Shown here piece by piece: positions 40,339 to 51,683 of a DNA stretch of 64,000 bases. The number at the start of each line of letters is the position of its first letter. Positions within the stretch are counted from its first letter, which is position 1. The position numbers and the translations under genes are program-made. Under the pieces are notes generated by a model that worked only from the letters and a program-made list of their open reading frames with translations, made no database searches and was not told where the DNA came from. Origin of the DNA: Vulcanimicrobiota bacterium (GTDB lineage Bacteria; Vulcanimicrobiota; Vulcanimicrobiia; Vulcanimicrobiales; Vulcanimicrobiaceae). The DNA lies in the NCBI GenBank assembly GCA_963844705.1, contig CAWJPI010000005.1, forward strand, positions 136-64,135. Direction: 5' to 3'.

Positions 40339-41970
40339 TTATCGTATCCGTTCGTTGGCATAATCGAAGAGCGCGTCGGTCGTCCGTCGGCGTTCGTCGG
40401 CGCGGCGCCGCTTCGCGGACTTGCGTACGTGCTGCGCGTCGACCCGCAGCGTAACGCGCAGCGGCACGCCGAGAACGTCGGCGATGGCGGCTTCGATGAT
40501 CGTCGCGTGTTCGCGCAGCGTCTCGGCCTCCACGCGTCCGGCAGGTTGAGCACGATGGCGTTGCTTTCGAGCGACTCGACCGCTGGCGCGCGAAAGCGGT
40601 GCCCGCAACGATTGGCGTTCGCTCTCGATCTTCGAGCGGATGCTCTGCCACGCGGCTCGCACCTTTCTGCAGCGAAGACCGCTCTCGCCGCCGCCATGGG
40701 TTGCCGGCACCTTTGCCGGGCCTGCGGCGGCTCGAGTCGGCAACCGGCGCGGTGGCGGCAACGGGCGCAGGCGGCCGAGGCGGCTTGGCTTTCGGCTCGG
40801 GGACGCCTTGGCCGCCCAGCGCCAGGCGCTCCTCGATCGCGGCCACGCGCGACCCGAGCGCGTCGAGCGTGGGATCCTCGCCGGCCAGGATGAAGCGCAG
40901 CAGCGCCGTCTCCAACTCGAGGCGGGCATTTCCGCCCGCGGCCCAGCGAGAGCGCCTCGCTGAAGGTCCGCAGCGCGCGGACCAGCATCGCCTGCGAGAA
41001 GCCGGCCGCGCGCTCCGACGGCGCGCTGCGCATCCTCGGGGGCGAGGTCGCGGGCGAGCAGCCCGGGATCGACGCGTGCCACCAGCAGGTGGCGAAAGCC
41101 GGCGATGCAGCGCGCGGGTCAGCACGGTGAGATCGGCGCCGGCGTCGCTGGCCGCTTCGACTTCGCGCAGAGCGCGCCGCGGCATCGCCCGCGAGGATCG
41201 CGTCGATGAGCCGATCGCGCGAACTCGCGCCCGGTCGAGCCGAAGGCGAGGTCGAGCGTCTGTGTGCGTAGCCGTCTCGCTCCCCGGAGAAGGCGGCGAG
41301 CTGTTCGAGCATCGTCAGCGCGTCGCGCAGGCCGCCGTCGGCGCGGTAGGCGATCGCGGCCAGCGCCTCGTCGTCGATGGCGATCTTCTCGGCGTCGGCG
41401 ATCTCGCGCATCTTCTCGATCATCACCGGCACCGGCGATGCGCCGGAACGCGTAGCGCTGGCAGCGCGACAGGATCGTGACGGGGAGCTTCTCGGGCTCG
41501 GTGGTCGCCAGGATGAACACCGCGTGCGGCGGCGGCTCCTCGAGCGTCTTGCAGGAAGGCGTTGGCGCCCTCCTTGGTGAGCATGTGCGCCTCGTCGAGG
41601 ATGTAGACTTTCATCCGCATCTTCGCCGGGGCGAACTTCACTGCGTCGCGCAGGGAGCGGATCTCCTCGATGCCCCGATTGCTGGCGGCGTCGATCTCCA
41701 GCACGTCGAGCGCCGTGCCGGCCAGGATCGCCCGGCAGTTCTCGCAGGTGTTGTCGGGGGTGGCCGTCGGGCCGGCCTCGCAATCGATGCAGCGCGCGAG
41801 AATTTTGGCGGCGGAGGTCTTGCCGGAGCCGCGCGGGCCAGAGAATAGGTAGGCATGGGCGAGCTTCCCGCTCTCGATGGCCGAGGTGAGCGTCCGGACG
41901 ACGGCGTCCTGACCGACGAGATCGGCAAACGTCTGGGGGCGCCAGTGCGGTAGAGGGACACGGCGGTCAA
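40339..41970 (-). pseudogene. dnaX: DNA polymerase III subunit gamma/tau, heavily frame-disrupted (about 10 or more frame changes by manual reading)
   Basis: Pieces in all three minus frames join into a normal DnaX. They are: SLYR / WRPQTFADLVGQ...FSGPRGSGKTSAAK...CENC...[10 protein letters not shown] / [31 protein letters not shown] / [26 protein letters not shown] / ...LELETALLRFIL... / ETLREHATIIEAAIADVLGVPLRVTLRVD. Confidence 0.85.
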
Positions 41971-42104
41971 CCTTTAGCGGGCCGTTTGGTGGCGCCTGCT
42001 GCCGGGTATGGTGAAACGGGTTGTGCTTGGAACCGGTTCTATGATTTGCTTCCCACATACCGGCATTTGGGTTTCCCTGCTGAACATCACTTAGAAAGAT
42101 ACCC

Positions 42105-43743
42105 GTGGATCTGCGCGCAGCACTTCAACAGAAGTTCGGATTCGATGATTTTCATCCGGGTCAGGAAGATGTCGTTTCGCGCGTCATCAGAGGCCAGGAT
42201 ACCTTGGCAATTCTGGCGACCGGTGCGGGCAAGAGCCTCACCTACCAGTTGCCGGCTCTCCTCCTCGACGGAACCACGGTCGTCGTCAGCCCGCTGATCG
42301 CGCTCATGAAGGACCAGCTCGACATGCTCGCCGAGCGCGGCATCACCGATGTGGTGGCCCTCAACTCGACGCTCTCGGAGGATCAGGAGATGCGGGCGCG
42401 CGAGCGCATCCGTTCGGGCACCGTGCGGATCGTCTACACGACGCCGGAGAAGCTCGAAGACGAAGTCTTCCTCGGGCTGCTCAAGTCGATCAAGATCCCG
42501 CTCTTCGTCGTCGACGAGGCGCACTGCATCAGCCAGTGGGGGCACGATTTCCGTCCGGCCTATCTCGCGCTGGGTGGGGTGATCGCGCAGCTCGGCCATC
42601 CCACGGTGCTGGCGCTGACCGCCACCGCCACGCCGTCGGTCCGCGAGGACATCCTGCAGCAGCTCGGCCTCGACCAGGTCAAGCCGATCGTCCGCGGGTT
42701 CGACCGCCCGAACCTGATCTACGAAGCGCGCAAAGCGGATAAAGAGATCGACAAGCTGCGCATCGTTTCGTCCCTCTTCGAAAGCGACGATGCCCTCGAA
42801 GGAACCGGCATCATCTACACCGCCACGATCAAGAACGCGCTGGAAGTGCAGCAGTACCTCACGCGCGAGCTGGGCATTCCCGCCGCCGTGTACCACTCGA
42901 AGCTCCACAAAGAGGACCGCACTTCCGTGCACAATCTTTTCATGGACGAGTCGATCCGCGCAGTGGTCGCCACCAACGCCTTCGGGCTGGGCATCGACAA
43001 GCCGAACATTCGGTTCGTGCTTCACTACGATCTGCCCGGTTCGCTCGAAGCCTACACGCAGGAAGCGGGCCGCGCCGGGCGCGATGGTTTGCCTTCGCGC
43101 TGCATTCTGATCTACCGCATGAGCGACACGCGCGTGCAGAACTACTTCCTCACCGGCAAGTATCCCGACGTTGAAGAGGTGCAGCGCGTCTTCGGAACGA
43201 TCGAGGTTTTCGGCAATCAGTCCGCCGGCGTTTCGATGGTCGACCTGCGCAAGATCCTGCAGCTGCCGCTCACCAAGCTCAAAGTGATCCTCGCACTGCT
43301 CAAGAAGTCCGGCTACATCGAGCACGCCGGCAAGTCGGCCTACTGCCTCACCGAAGCCGTGCGCAAGCATCGCAGCCTGATCCTCAACCTGGCCAACTAC
43401 GACACGAAGAAATCCTACGATCAAAGCAAGCTCGCGATGATGCTGCAGTACGCCGAGACCGCGTCGTGCCGCCGCCGCTTCATCCTCAATTACTTCGGCG
43501 AGGATTTCGACCGCGTCAACTGCGGCGCGTGCGACAACTGCTTGCGCTTCGCTTGCCAGCGGGATCGACGCGGTCGCAGCGACCGGCGGCTTCCGCATCG
43601 CCGACGTCGTGCATCATCCGAAGTTCGGCATGGGAACGGTCGAGCGCACCGAGCGCGATCTGGTGACGGTGCTGTTCCCCAGCTTTGGCTACAAAACGCT
43701 GCTGGCGACGGCCGTGCGCCGCGCCGAAGCGCAAATTGCGTAG
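42105..43743 (+). pseudogene. recQ: ATP-dependent DNA helicase RecQ, one frame change near 43545-43560
   Basis: Motifs present are FHPGQEDVV, ATGAGKSLTYQLP, DEAHCISQWGHDFRPAY, TATAT and QEAGRAGRDG, plus the zinc region CRRRFILNYFGE...CGACDNC. The C-terminal piece in another frame (GFRIADVVHHPKFGMGTVE) ends at the TAG at 43741..43743. Confidence 0.85.
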
Positions 43744-45401
43744 GCTGCTGCCGCTCTTCGCTCTCTTTCTTCTCTTCAGCGCCGTCGCGCGCGCCCAGCA
43801 GACTCAGCCTCCGCTCACCTATCCCAGTCCCGCTCCCGCGCCGAGCGCGGCGTCGCCCATGCCGGGAAGCAGCGCTTCGCCGCTGCCGGGAGCCTCGCCG
43901 GCGCAGCCGGCAGCACCCGCGGCGCCAGGCGCGCCGCTGCCGACCCCGCCGCCGATCACCGTACAGCCCGACGCGGCTTCGGTGCCGGTGGGTTCCGCGG
44001 TGAACTTGACGGTGGGTTCGGCGATCGCGCCGATCGCCGCGGTGGTGCGCGATCCGTCGATCGCCGGGGTGCAAGTGGATCCCGCTTCGCAGCGGCTCAC
44101 GATCGTCGGTAAGGCGCCCGGCACCACGGTGGTGACCGTGAGCGACGCGCGCCATCTCACGCGCGACGTACCGGTGCGAGTCGCGTTTTACGCCGGCAGT
44201 ATCGCGCCATACGTGGCGTTCGACCTCACCGGCGATCCGGCATCGGCGCAATTCGTGCGCGAGCAGGCGGCGCGCGAGGTGCGAGCGGCGGCGAAAGGGC
44301 GCCCGAACGCGCAAATCATCGTCTCCAGCGACGACGTGCCGTTCCGCGGGAACCTCGCCCAAGACGACGTCGCCTCGTTCGACGTGCCCGTGCTCATCCA
44401 AGGCAAGGAAGACTTCGAGGTCAACGGCTCGACGCACGTCGAAGCGCGCAACGTTGCGGTGCCGCGCATCTCACCCGACTCGCTGATGGTGAGCGATTAT
44501 CCCGAGCGCCTCGCCGAGAACGGCACGCTCTTCAAAGCCAACCTGCGCCAAGAGCAGCCGTCGCGCTTTCTCTACTTCCACTACAATCCTTCGGGGCAGC
44601 CCGACCGCCGCATCGTGCTGCGCGTGCAGAACCTTTCGCCCGAGCCCGCGATCGTGCAGATGATCAGCGGACGCGGCGGACCCTCGAGCAACGAGATGGA
44701 GGTGGGCCATTCGGCCACGGTGCGCTTCCTGGTGAACGTCGTGCAGAACCAGGGGCGCCTGATCACACTCGACGCCAAGAGCACCACAAACGTCGTCACG
44801 CAGGATCTCCCCGCGGGAACGATCGTCTGCAACCTGCTGCAGCTGCGCGTGCTCTCGGGCGGAAACGTGCGCGCTCACGCTGGTGGCGCAGGACGCTGCG
44901 GGCGATCCTTCGAGTCCGAGCAGCGACGAGCTGCTGACGGGGACGCACATCCACGCTCGCGGCATCTATCCGATCGCGGAGTTCCATTTCGCCACCCAAT
45001 GGCGCGTCGATTCGGATTATCTCGAGCTGCCGATTGGGCAGCTGCCGCTCCCCAACGATCTCAAAGGCCAGGCGCTCTCCGGCGACTACGGCGTGCTGCA
45101 ATCGTTTGTCGTAAACGTGCAGAACCCGCTCTCGTCACCGCAGCGCGTCGCGATCTACGAAAACCCGCGCGGCGGCCACGCCACCGCCAGCTACATCATC
45201 GACGGTGTGCTGGTGCAATCGCACCAAACGCCGCCGTTCTCGCGCTACAAAGTACGGCAGTACGTCATACCGGCGCACGGCTTCGTGCGCGTCACGATCG
45301 TTACCATGCCCGAAGCGGGATCGAGCCTGCCGCTGCGCTTGATCTTCGCGCCCGACGACGGCAGCGTCGCGCCCGGCGCACCGGGGTCACCGATCTACTA
45401 G
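43736..45401 (+). pseudogene. secreted hypothetical protein with pilus-N/BON-like N-terminal domain, one frame change near 44870
   Basis: The TTG at 43736 gives the signal RRLLPLFALFLLFSAVARA. A Pro/Ala linker is followed by ITVQPDAASVPVGSAVNL...VVRDPSIAGVQVDPASQRLTIVGKAPGTTVVTV. The C-terminal third is in ORF 44883..45401. Confidence 0.55.
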
Positions 45402-45486
45402 GGGCAAATAGCGGCACCGGCTCGTCGTCCGTCGAAAATGACGACCCCCCCTCGAATCGTCATCTCCTGATAGAGGGGTACACCAA

Positions 45487-46375
45487 GTGAAGCTTTCAGG
45501 TTTTAGTCAATTCGTGCGCCGGGTGCAGTGCCGCGCCAGTCGGTCGCCGGAACGCGCTCGATGCGGCTGCTCTACGTGGCCGAGAACACGTTGGGGAAAA
45601 TCGACGTTTACGACGCGAGGAAACCCGCAAACGGGCCGATTGCGAATATAACCGCTGGCGTGAATTCTCCCGTGGGCCTCTGCATCGGCAGCAACGGCGT
45701 TCTCTACGTACTGAACGTCAACGTCAATTCGATTTCGGAATACGAGCCCGGCCAGACCGAGCCGTTCCAAACGATCAGTAAAGGTCTCGACTTTCCCGAA
45801 TTCTGCGCGATCGACCGCCGCGGCAATCTCTGGGTGACCAACCCCGGTGGCGACAACGTGACGGAGTATAAGAGCGGGACGACGACGCCGAATGGAACCA
45901 TCACGAACGGCGTGTCGCTGCCGACGGGCATCGCGCTCGACCGCTCCGGTAACTTGTATGTCGCCGGCACCAATGCCGAGGAAGCCTACGTGGCCGTATT
46001 CCCCAAGGGAGGCAAGTCACCGAGCAGGACGGTCACCGATGGTGTCGTCAACCCTTATGGCATTGCCGTCGATGCGAAGGGTACGCTTTACGTCACCAAT
46101 CTGGTTACCGCGACCAGCAGCTCCGGCGACGTCGAAGAAAACAAGGCCGGTCAGAGTCAGCCGTACCAGGCGATCACCGGCATGAGAGCCCCGGCCGACG
46201 TCATGGTCAACAAGGCCGGCTATACGTACGTCTCCGAAAGCGACGAACCCGCGGTCGTCGCCTTTAAGGCCGGCTCGACAGAGCCTTGGCGCCGGTCCAA
46301 CAGGGGATGAACTCGCCGGCAGGCATCGCCTACGACGTGGGGACACCGCCTTTCGGGCACGCATTTCCGCGGTAA
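45487..46375 (+). pseudogene. NHL-repeat beta-propeller protein with internally deleted lipoprotein leader, one further frame change near 46285
   Basis: Blades are marked by GVNSPVGLCIGSNGVLYV, GLDFPEFCAIDRRGNLWV, GVSLPTGIALDRSGNLYV, GVVNPYGIAVDAKGTLYV and GMNSPAGIAYD (the last in a shifted frame). The GTG at 45487 opens with the family leader start (KLSGF), but the hydrophobic core and lipobox are missing. Confidence 0.65.
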
Positions 46376-46541
46376 AGCCTTCAAACAGGTTCCGGGGCTG
46401 GTCAACAATCGTGAGTCCGATCGGATCGACAGCGAGGCCGTTTCCGTCGGCTCGTAGCCTCGCGCCGCCGAAGGCAGGAAGGCCCATCTCCCTTAGGAAG
46501 CCACCGAGTACTGGCTTAGCGAGCAGAAAGGAAAGTTTTCC

Positions 46542-47720
46542 ATGCGATACCTGCTAGGAGCATTCGCCGCAGCGCTGACGGTCGGCGCGTTCGCCTCACT
46601 CGTTGGGTGCTCGAGCGGCGGAACGCGCGGCCCAAACCTAACGCTTCCCAGTCTCGGAGTCTCGCGCGACGCAGTGGTCCAGTTCGTTTACGTCGGCAAC
46701 TACGGCTCCGCGGATATTTCCGCTTACGTCATCGATTACAACACTGGTGCGCTCAAACAAATAAAAGGATCGCCGTTTAGCACGGGTACGGATCCTACCG
46801 CCGTGGCGATCGACCCAACGGGCAAGTTCGCATACGTGGCCACGGATGGATATAACGACCTTTACGCCTACGCGATCGACGCGCGCACCGGCGCGCTGAA
46901 AGCGGTAAAGGGGTCGCCGTTTGCAACCGGTACCGAGCCCAGCGGCGTCGCCGTCAACCCGACGGGCAAGTACGTGTACGTATCGAACTACGGCGACAAC
47001 GACGTCTCCGCTTATACGATCGACCCGTCAACCGGCGCGCTGACAGTCGTAAAGGGATCGCCGTTTACGACGGGCACCGAACCCGAGTACGTGGCGATCC
47101 ATCCTAAGGGCAAGTTTCTTTACACGGCAAACTACGGCTCCGATAACGTTTCCGGCTTTACGGTTGGGAGCGATGGGACGCTTGCGGCGATAAAAGGGTC
47201 GCCGTATATGGCCGGCACGGAGCCCGAGGGTATAACGGTGAATCCGGGCGGCAGGTTCGTCTTCGTCCCGAACTATAGCTCGAACAACGTTTCTGCATAT
47301 GTCGTTGATGACGTCGTTGGGAAGAGCGGCGAGCTCACGGCGGTGAAAGGATCGCCATTTGCCGCGGGAACGAACCCCATCAACGTAACCGTCGATCCTT
47401 CCGGCAGATACATCTACGTTAACAACGAAGGTTCAAACGACATCTCCGCTTACACGCACGCCGCCGACGGCGCGCTCCGCGCGATAAAGGGCTCGCCGTT
47501 TGCCGCGGGGACGAACCCTGCTTACGTCGCCGTCAACCCGGCGGGCAAGTTCCTATACGCGCCCAACGTCGGATCGAACAACGTTTCCGCCTATACGATC
47601 GACGTTTCCACCGGCGCACTCAAGCCGGTGAAGGGCTCACCCTTTGCCGCTGGTACCGAACCAGCCGGCATCGCCACCTGCCGCGTCGACTCCGGCAAAT
47701 GCGTTCCACCCACGTTATAG
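46542..47720 (+). CDS. lipoprotein, 7-bladed beta-propeller lactonase/YVTN-type repeats
   Basis: The 392-aa ORF has the lipobox LVGCSSG and seven repeats of about 48 aa of the form GSPFxxGTxPxxVAxxPxGKFxYVxNxxxNxVSAYxID. Confidence 0.8.
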   Translation: MRYLLGAFAAALTVGAFASLVGCSSGGTRGPNLTLPSLGVSRDAVVQFVYVGNYGSADISAYVIDYNTGALKQIKGSPFSTGTDPTAVAIDPTGKFAYVATDGYNDLYAYAIDARTGALKAVKGSPFATGTEPSGVAVNPTGKYVYVSNYGDNDVSAYTIDPSTGALTVVKGSPFTTGTEPEYVAIHPKGKFLYTANYGSDNVSGFTVGSDGTLAAIKGSPYMAGTEPEGITVNPGGRFVFVPNYSSNNVSAYVVDDVVGKSGELTAVKGSPFAAGTNPINVTVDPSGRYIYVNNEGSNDISAYTHAADGALRAIKGSPFAAGTNPAYVAVNPAGKFLYAPNVGSNNVSAYTIDVSTGALKPVKGSPFAAGTEPAGIATCRVDSGKCVPPTL

Positions 47721-47735
47721 CCTAAGGAGGGCCGC

Positions 47736-49386
47736 CTAGCCGGCGAAGGACTGCCCTTCGAAGATCGTTCCCGCTATGTGGATGTCGGCGAGCGAGCCGG
47801 CATCTACGGCGTAGGGGTCCTCGTCGAGGATCGTAAAGTCCGCGCGCTTTCCCGAAGTAACGCTGCCGATTTCGTTCTCGAGACCGAGCATGAACGCGGC
47901 ATCGATCGTGATGGCTCGGAGCGCTTGATCGAGCGTCAGTCGCTCGGTTTGGGCCAGTTGCGCGCCGCCGGCGGTTCGGCGCGTGATCGCGATCTGCGCC
48001 AGACGCAGCGGCTGGGCGGGCGCCATCGCAAAGTCGGAATGCAGCGCCAGCGGAATGCCGGCGCGAGCGACGCTGCCGATGCGTACCATCTGCGACGTGC
48101 GGTCGCGCCCGAGGCTCTTCTCGAGGATACTCGTCACCAAGCTCGTACATGTAGTACGGGTTGGCCGAGACGATCGCGCCTAACCGTGCCAGCTTGACGA
48201 CCTGGCCGTCGGTGGCGTAGCCAAAATGTTCGATCGTAAAGCGGTGGTCAACGCGAGGTTTTGAATCCTGCAGTCGTTGCAGCGTGTCGAGAACCAGGCC
48301 CAGTCCTTCGTCACCGTTGGTGTGGACGTGAATCTGGTAGCCGGCGTTCCAAAACGTCGTCGCGAGCTGCTCGAACAGCGGTAAGGGCGTCATCCACTCG
48401 CCCTGGTGACCGTCGATGTAGCCCGCGCCGCCCATGCGCATTCCCAGCGAATAGAACGCGCCGTCGGCGAAGAGCTTGATATGGCGCCCAAAGCGCAAAC
48501 GGCGAGTGTTGCGCTGCGGCAGTCCGTCGGCCCACGCGAGGGCTTGTTCCGCACCGAGCTTCATTGCCGGCGTCTTTGCATCGGCGACGAAGAAGGTTCG
48601 AAATGGAACGTCGTCACCATCGAGCACGGCTTTGGGCCCCAGCCATTCGAGTTCGGGATCGGTGATCCCGAACGACATCTCGGCAATCGTCGTGATTCCG
48701 CCGAAACGAACGACGTCGCGGGCGCGAGCCACTCCGGCAAGAAATCGCGACTCAGCGAACATATAGGGCGCGAGCTTCGCCGCGGCGAGTTCGACCATTC
48801 CGGATTCCCAGTAGTGCCCGGCCGCATAATCCACGCATTCGAATGAGAGCGGGCCTCTTCGGCGGTGAGGTTCCACCGTTGGAGTGCCGCGGTATTGAAG
48901 AACATCTCGTGAGCCGAGCGGTGCCAAACGACGATCGGGCGGGTCGCCGAGACGGCGTCGAGGTCGGTGCGGGCGACGACACCGTGCCAGAACGGATGGT
49001 AACCCCAGGTCATCAGCGGTTCGGAAGAGTCGCTTTTGGCTCTGTTCCAGGCGGCGAAGCTCCGCGATATACGCATCTTTTCCGCGAACGGCCTCGATCG
49101 TGGCCCATGGCAGCCGCCATTCGAAGGCCGCGATCAGATCGGTCATCATCATCGCCGCCGCCATAAACGGATGAAGGTGCGGATCGATCAGTCCGGGCAG
49201 CAGCACTTTGTTTTCGAAATCGCGCACCAACTCGTACGGCTGGCCTTGCAGCCAGGGTCGCAAGTCGTCTAGCGAGCCGACCGCCAAAATCATGCCGTCG
49301 CGCACGGCTACGGCCGTGGCTTCCGGGCGGACCGGCTCCATCGTGACGATCTTTTTTGCGGTGTAGACCGTTATGGGTAAGCTCAA
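47736..49386 (-). pseudogene. amidohydrolase family protein (YtcJ-like), three frame changes (near 49050, 48850 and 48140)
   Basis: The N-terminus has AVAVRDGMILAVG and LLPGLIDPHLHP. A middle piece lies in ORF 48561..49076. The sequence returns to the first frame (IKLFADGAF...HVHTNGDEG...TIEHF). The C-terminus lies in ORF 47736..48140 (PLALHSDFAM...GKRADFTILDEDP). Confidence 0.8.
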
Positions 49387-49457
49387 TGGCGCGTCCTTTG
49401 GTCAGTCAAAGCATGTTGCGCGACTCAGCAAGCACCGTTGCCGCAGGCCCAGCCGTT

Positions 49458-50696
49458 TTACGGCGATAACGAGAACACCGTTCCGGAATCCTTCGCACCT
49501 CCGAAGCTGGTCTGCCATAGAGCGTGCCTTTGACGTCGAGGAGATCCGCGTAGGGATACGCGCCGTCTCGCAAGTGGCCTGTGAACATGTGGAGCACCGC
49601 CTCGGCACCGGACGGAGTGATCGAAAAGACGGTGCCGCAGCCGAGATGTTTGCGACACTCAACGCCGCCACCGAACCGAGTCGTGCCATAGAGCGTGCCG
49701 TCGTCGTTGAGTAGCGCTGCGTTTGGGCCTGCGCCGTCTCCCGACCCGCCTTTGAGGCTGTAGAGCACGGTCTCCGCGCCGGCCGTCGTGATCGCGAAGA
49801 CCGTTCCGTCGCCGCTCGCGCCCCCCGTAACCGTCGTGCCGTAGAGCGTGCCGTTGACATTGACGACGCCGGCGTCGGGATTTGCGCCATCGCCCGAAGC
49901 GCCGAAGCCGTTGAGCACGGTCTCCGTGCCGGACGTCGTGATCGCGAACACCGTCCCGCGGCCGTTCGCGCCGCCTTCCGAAGTTGTGCCGTAGAGCGTG
50001 CCGTCAACGTCAACGAGGTCGGTGGCCGGGTAAAGGCCGTGTCCGGACGCGCCGAAGCTGTGAAGCAGCGTTACCTTACCGGACGTTGTGACCTTAAAGA
50101 CCGTTCCGCAGCCGACGCCGCAGCCCCGAGCGCCGCCGTAGAAGGTAGTGCCGTAGAGCGTGTTGCTTACGTTGAGGAGACCTGCCTCCGCATGTGCCGC
50201 CATCCTTTGAGCCGCCTTTGAAGCTGTGGAGCACTCTCTCCGTGCCGGTCTTCGTAACGCTAAAGACGGTTCCGTAAGGGTGCGCGCCGCCGAAAAGGGT
50301 CGTGCCGTACAGCGTGCCGCCGACGTTGACGAGGTCTGCGTCGGGAAAGTTGCCGTCTCCCGAGGCGCCGGAGCTGTGGAGCACGGTTTCCTTGCCTGAC
50401 GTCGTGATCGCGAAGGCGGTTCCGCCGAAGCCACTGACATCCTCTGCTCCGCCCGCGGTCGTCGTGCCGTAGAGCGTCCCATTGACGTTGATGAGGCCCG
50501 CACTTGGGGTCGCGCCCTCTCCCGTCCCGCCTTTGAAGCTATAGAGCACGCCGTACGCGGGACGCACGTGCGTTCGCTCTGCCGTGGCTCCCGCACCAAC
50601 GTGGCCCGGAGGAGTTCCGGTCTCGCCTCCGCAGCCTGCGAGCATCGCAGCCACGCAGACAGCTAAGGCGTACCGCATATAATCTAAGCCCTTCAT
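49458..50696 (-). pseudogene. lipoprotein with seven LYGTT-type tandem repeats (Gloeo_Verruco/GloVer-like), two frame changes (near 50215 and 49520)
   Basis: The leader is MKGLDYMRYALAVCVAAMLAGCGG. The body repeats GTLYGTTxxGGxxxxGTVFxxTxxGxExVLHSF across three minus-strand frames. Confidence 0.7.
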
Positions 50697-50921
50697 CTGT
50701 CGCCTCCTCGACGCGCTAGCGCATAAAATGCCGCAGGATAAACGCGAAGTGCGGGGCCTGCCGGGAGAGGGCCCCGCGTGGTAGAATGCGCCTGTTTGAC
50801 CGCTTTGTCAATGATCCGCAACGAGCTGCGGCGTAAGGAAGACGTAATACCACTTGTGATCCATCACCGACGCGAAGTCGGGATCGATCTGCACAACGAG
50901 GGGGCCCCGTTGGGGAGGGCC

Positions 50922-51459
50922 TTAGCTCTCGGCGGTTGTGCTCGCTTCCGACTCCAACAATTGGCGCCATTGAAGATATGCGTCGGGATGTTGCGACACT
51001 GAGGTCTCAGCCAGCATCGCTTTGCCGAAGGCGCGGAAGTCGCTGCCAAATTGGCCCTCCGACAGCTTCCACGCCGCGCGCATTCCCGGCATCGAGAAAT
51101 AGAACTTAACGCCTGCGACATAGCTATTAAACGCAGCGTCAGAAAGCATCCCAGCCTCATGCTGAAGAAACGAGTCCTCCCCGCTGAGAAACAGCGCGCG
51201 ACACATCAACATTCCATTGGGTGAACTCCTCGCGCGTCAGTTGCGCATCTCCCGCCGCGCCCTTTTGAAAAACGCGCGCGAGATCAGGATTCGCAGCGGC
51301 CAAAGAAGCTTGAGAGGTCCGATCCGCCCGTCCCTGTTGCATCGTCGCACGCTGAACCCGCTCGGCTTGGCGCACTTGCTGCGCCAGATAGAGGAGGGAG
51401 GCGATCACCGCCGCCGCCGCGATCGACTGACTGAGGTAAAAAATGTGCTCGAGCGACAT
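50922..51459 (-). pseudogene. hypothetical membrane-anchored protein, one frame change near 51190
   Basis: MSLEHIFYLSQSIAAAAVIASLLYLAQQV (ATG at 51459) contains a transmembrane helix. It continues in ORF 50922..51212 after LTREEFTQWN. Confidence 0.45.
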
Positions 51460-51683
51460 GACTGCGCGCCAGGCATGCGGCGGGTCACGTCGCTCTTCCT
51501 CCCGGGTGCGGACGTTCCACGGTGTCATCGTCGGCGGCGGCCCAGCCCTGCTCGGCGATCTCGCAATGGCGCACCGGACGCCTGTTGCCGGAGGTTAAGA
51601 GTGACGGTAAACCAACGGCTGCCTGAAAGGCACCGCCTGTTTGCTGTTGAAGGCCTTGCGGCCCTTTAAGGAGAGCATCAAAC

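Noticed and set aside
40339-41970. Programmed ribosomal frameshift in dnaX (tau/gamma).
   Set aside because: Known dnaX recoding is a single event at an A-rich slippery heptamer. Here there are about ten frame changes with no such site, starting within the first 10 codons.
41971-42104. Possible SRP (4.5S) RNA upstream of dnaX, a common location for ffs.
   Set aside because: I found short stems (GCCGGTATG...CATACCCGGC) and a GGAAGCA string. There is no helix-8 arrangement with a GNRA tetraloop flanked by the conserved symmetric and asymmetric loops on either strand. A covariance-model scan would be needed to revive this idea.
46017-46487. A 156-aa minus-strand ORF between the NHL and lactonase-type genes.
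   Set aside because: Most of it is antisense to the NHL-repeat gene. It has no recognisable motifs and an Arg/Gly-rich composition.
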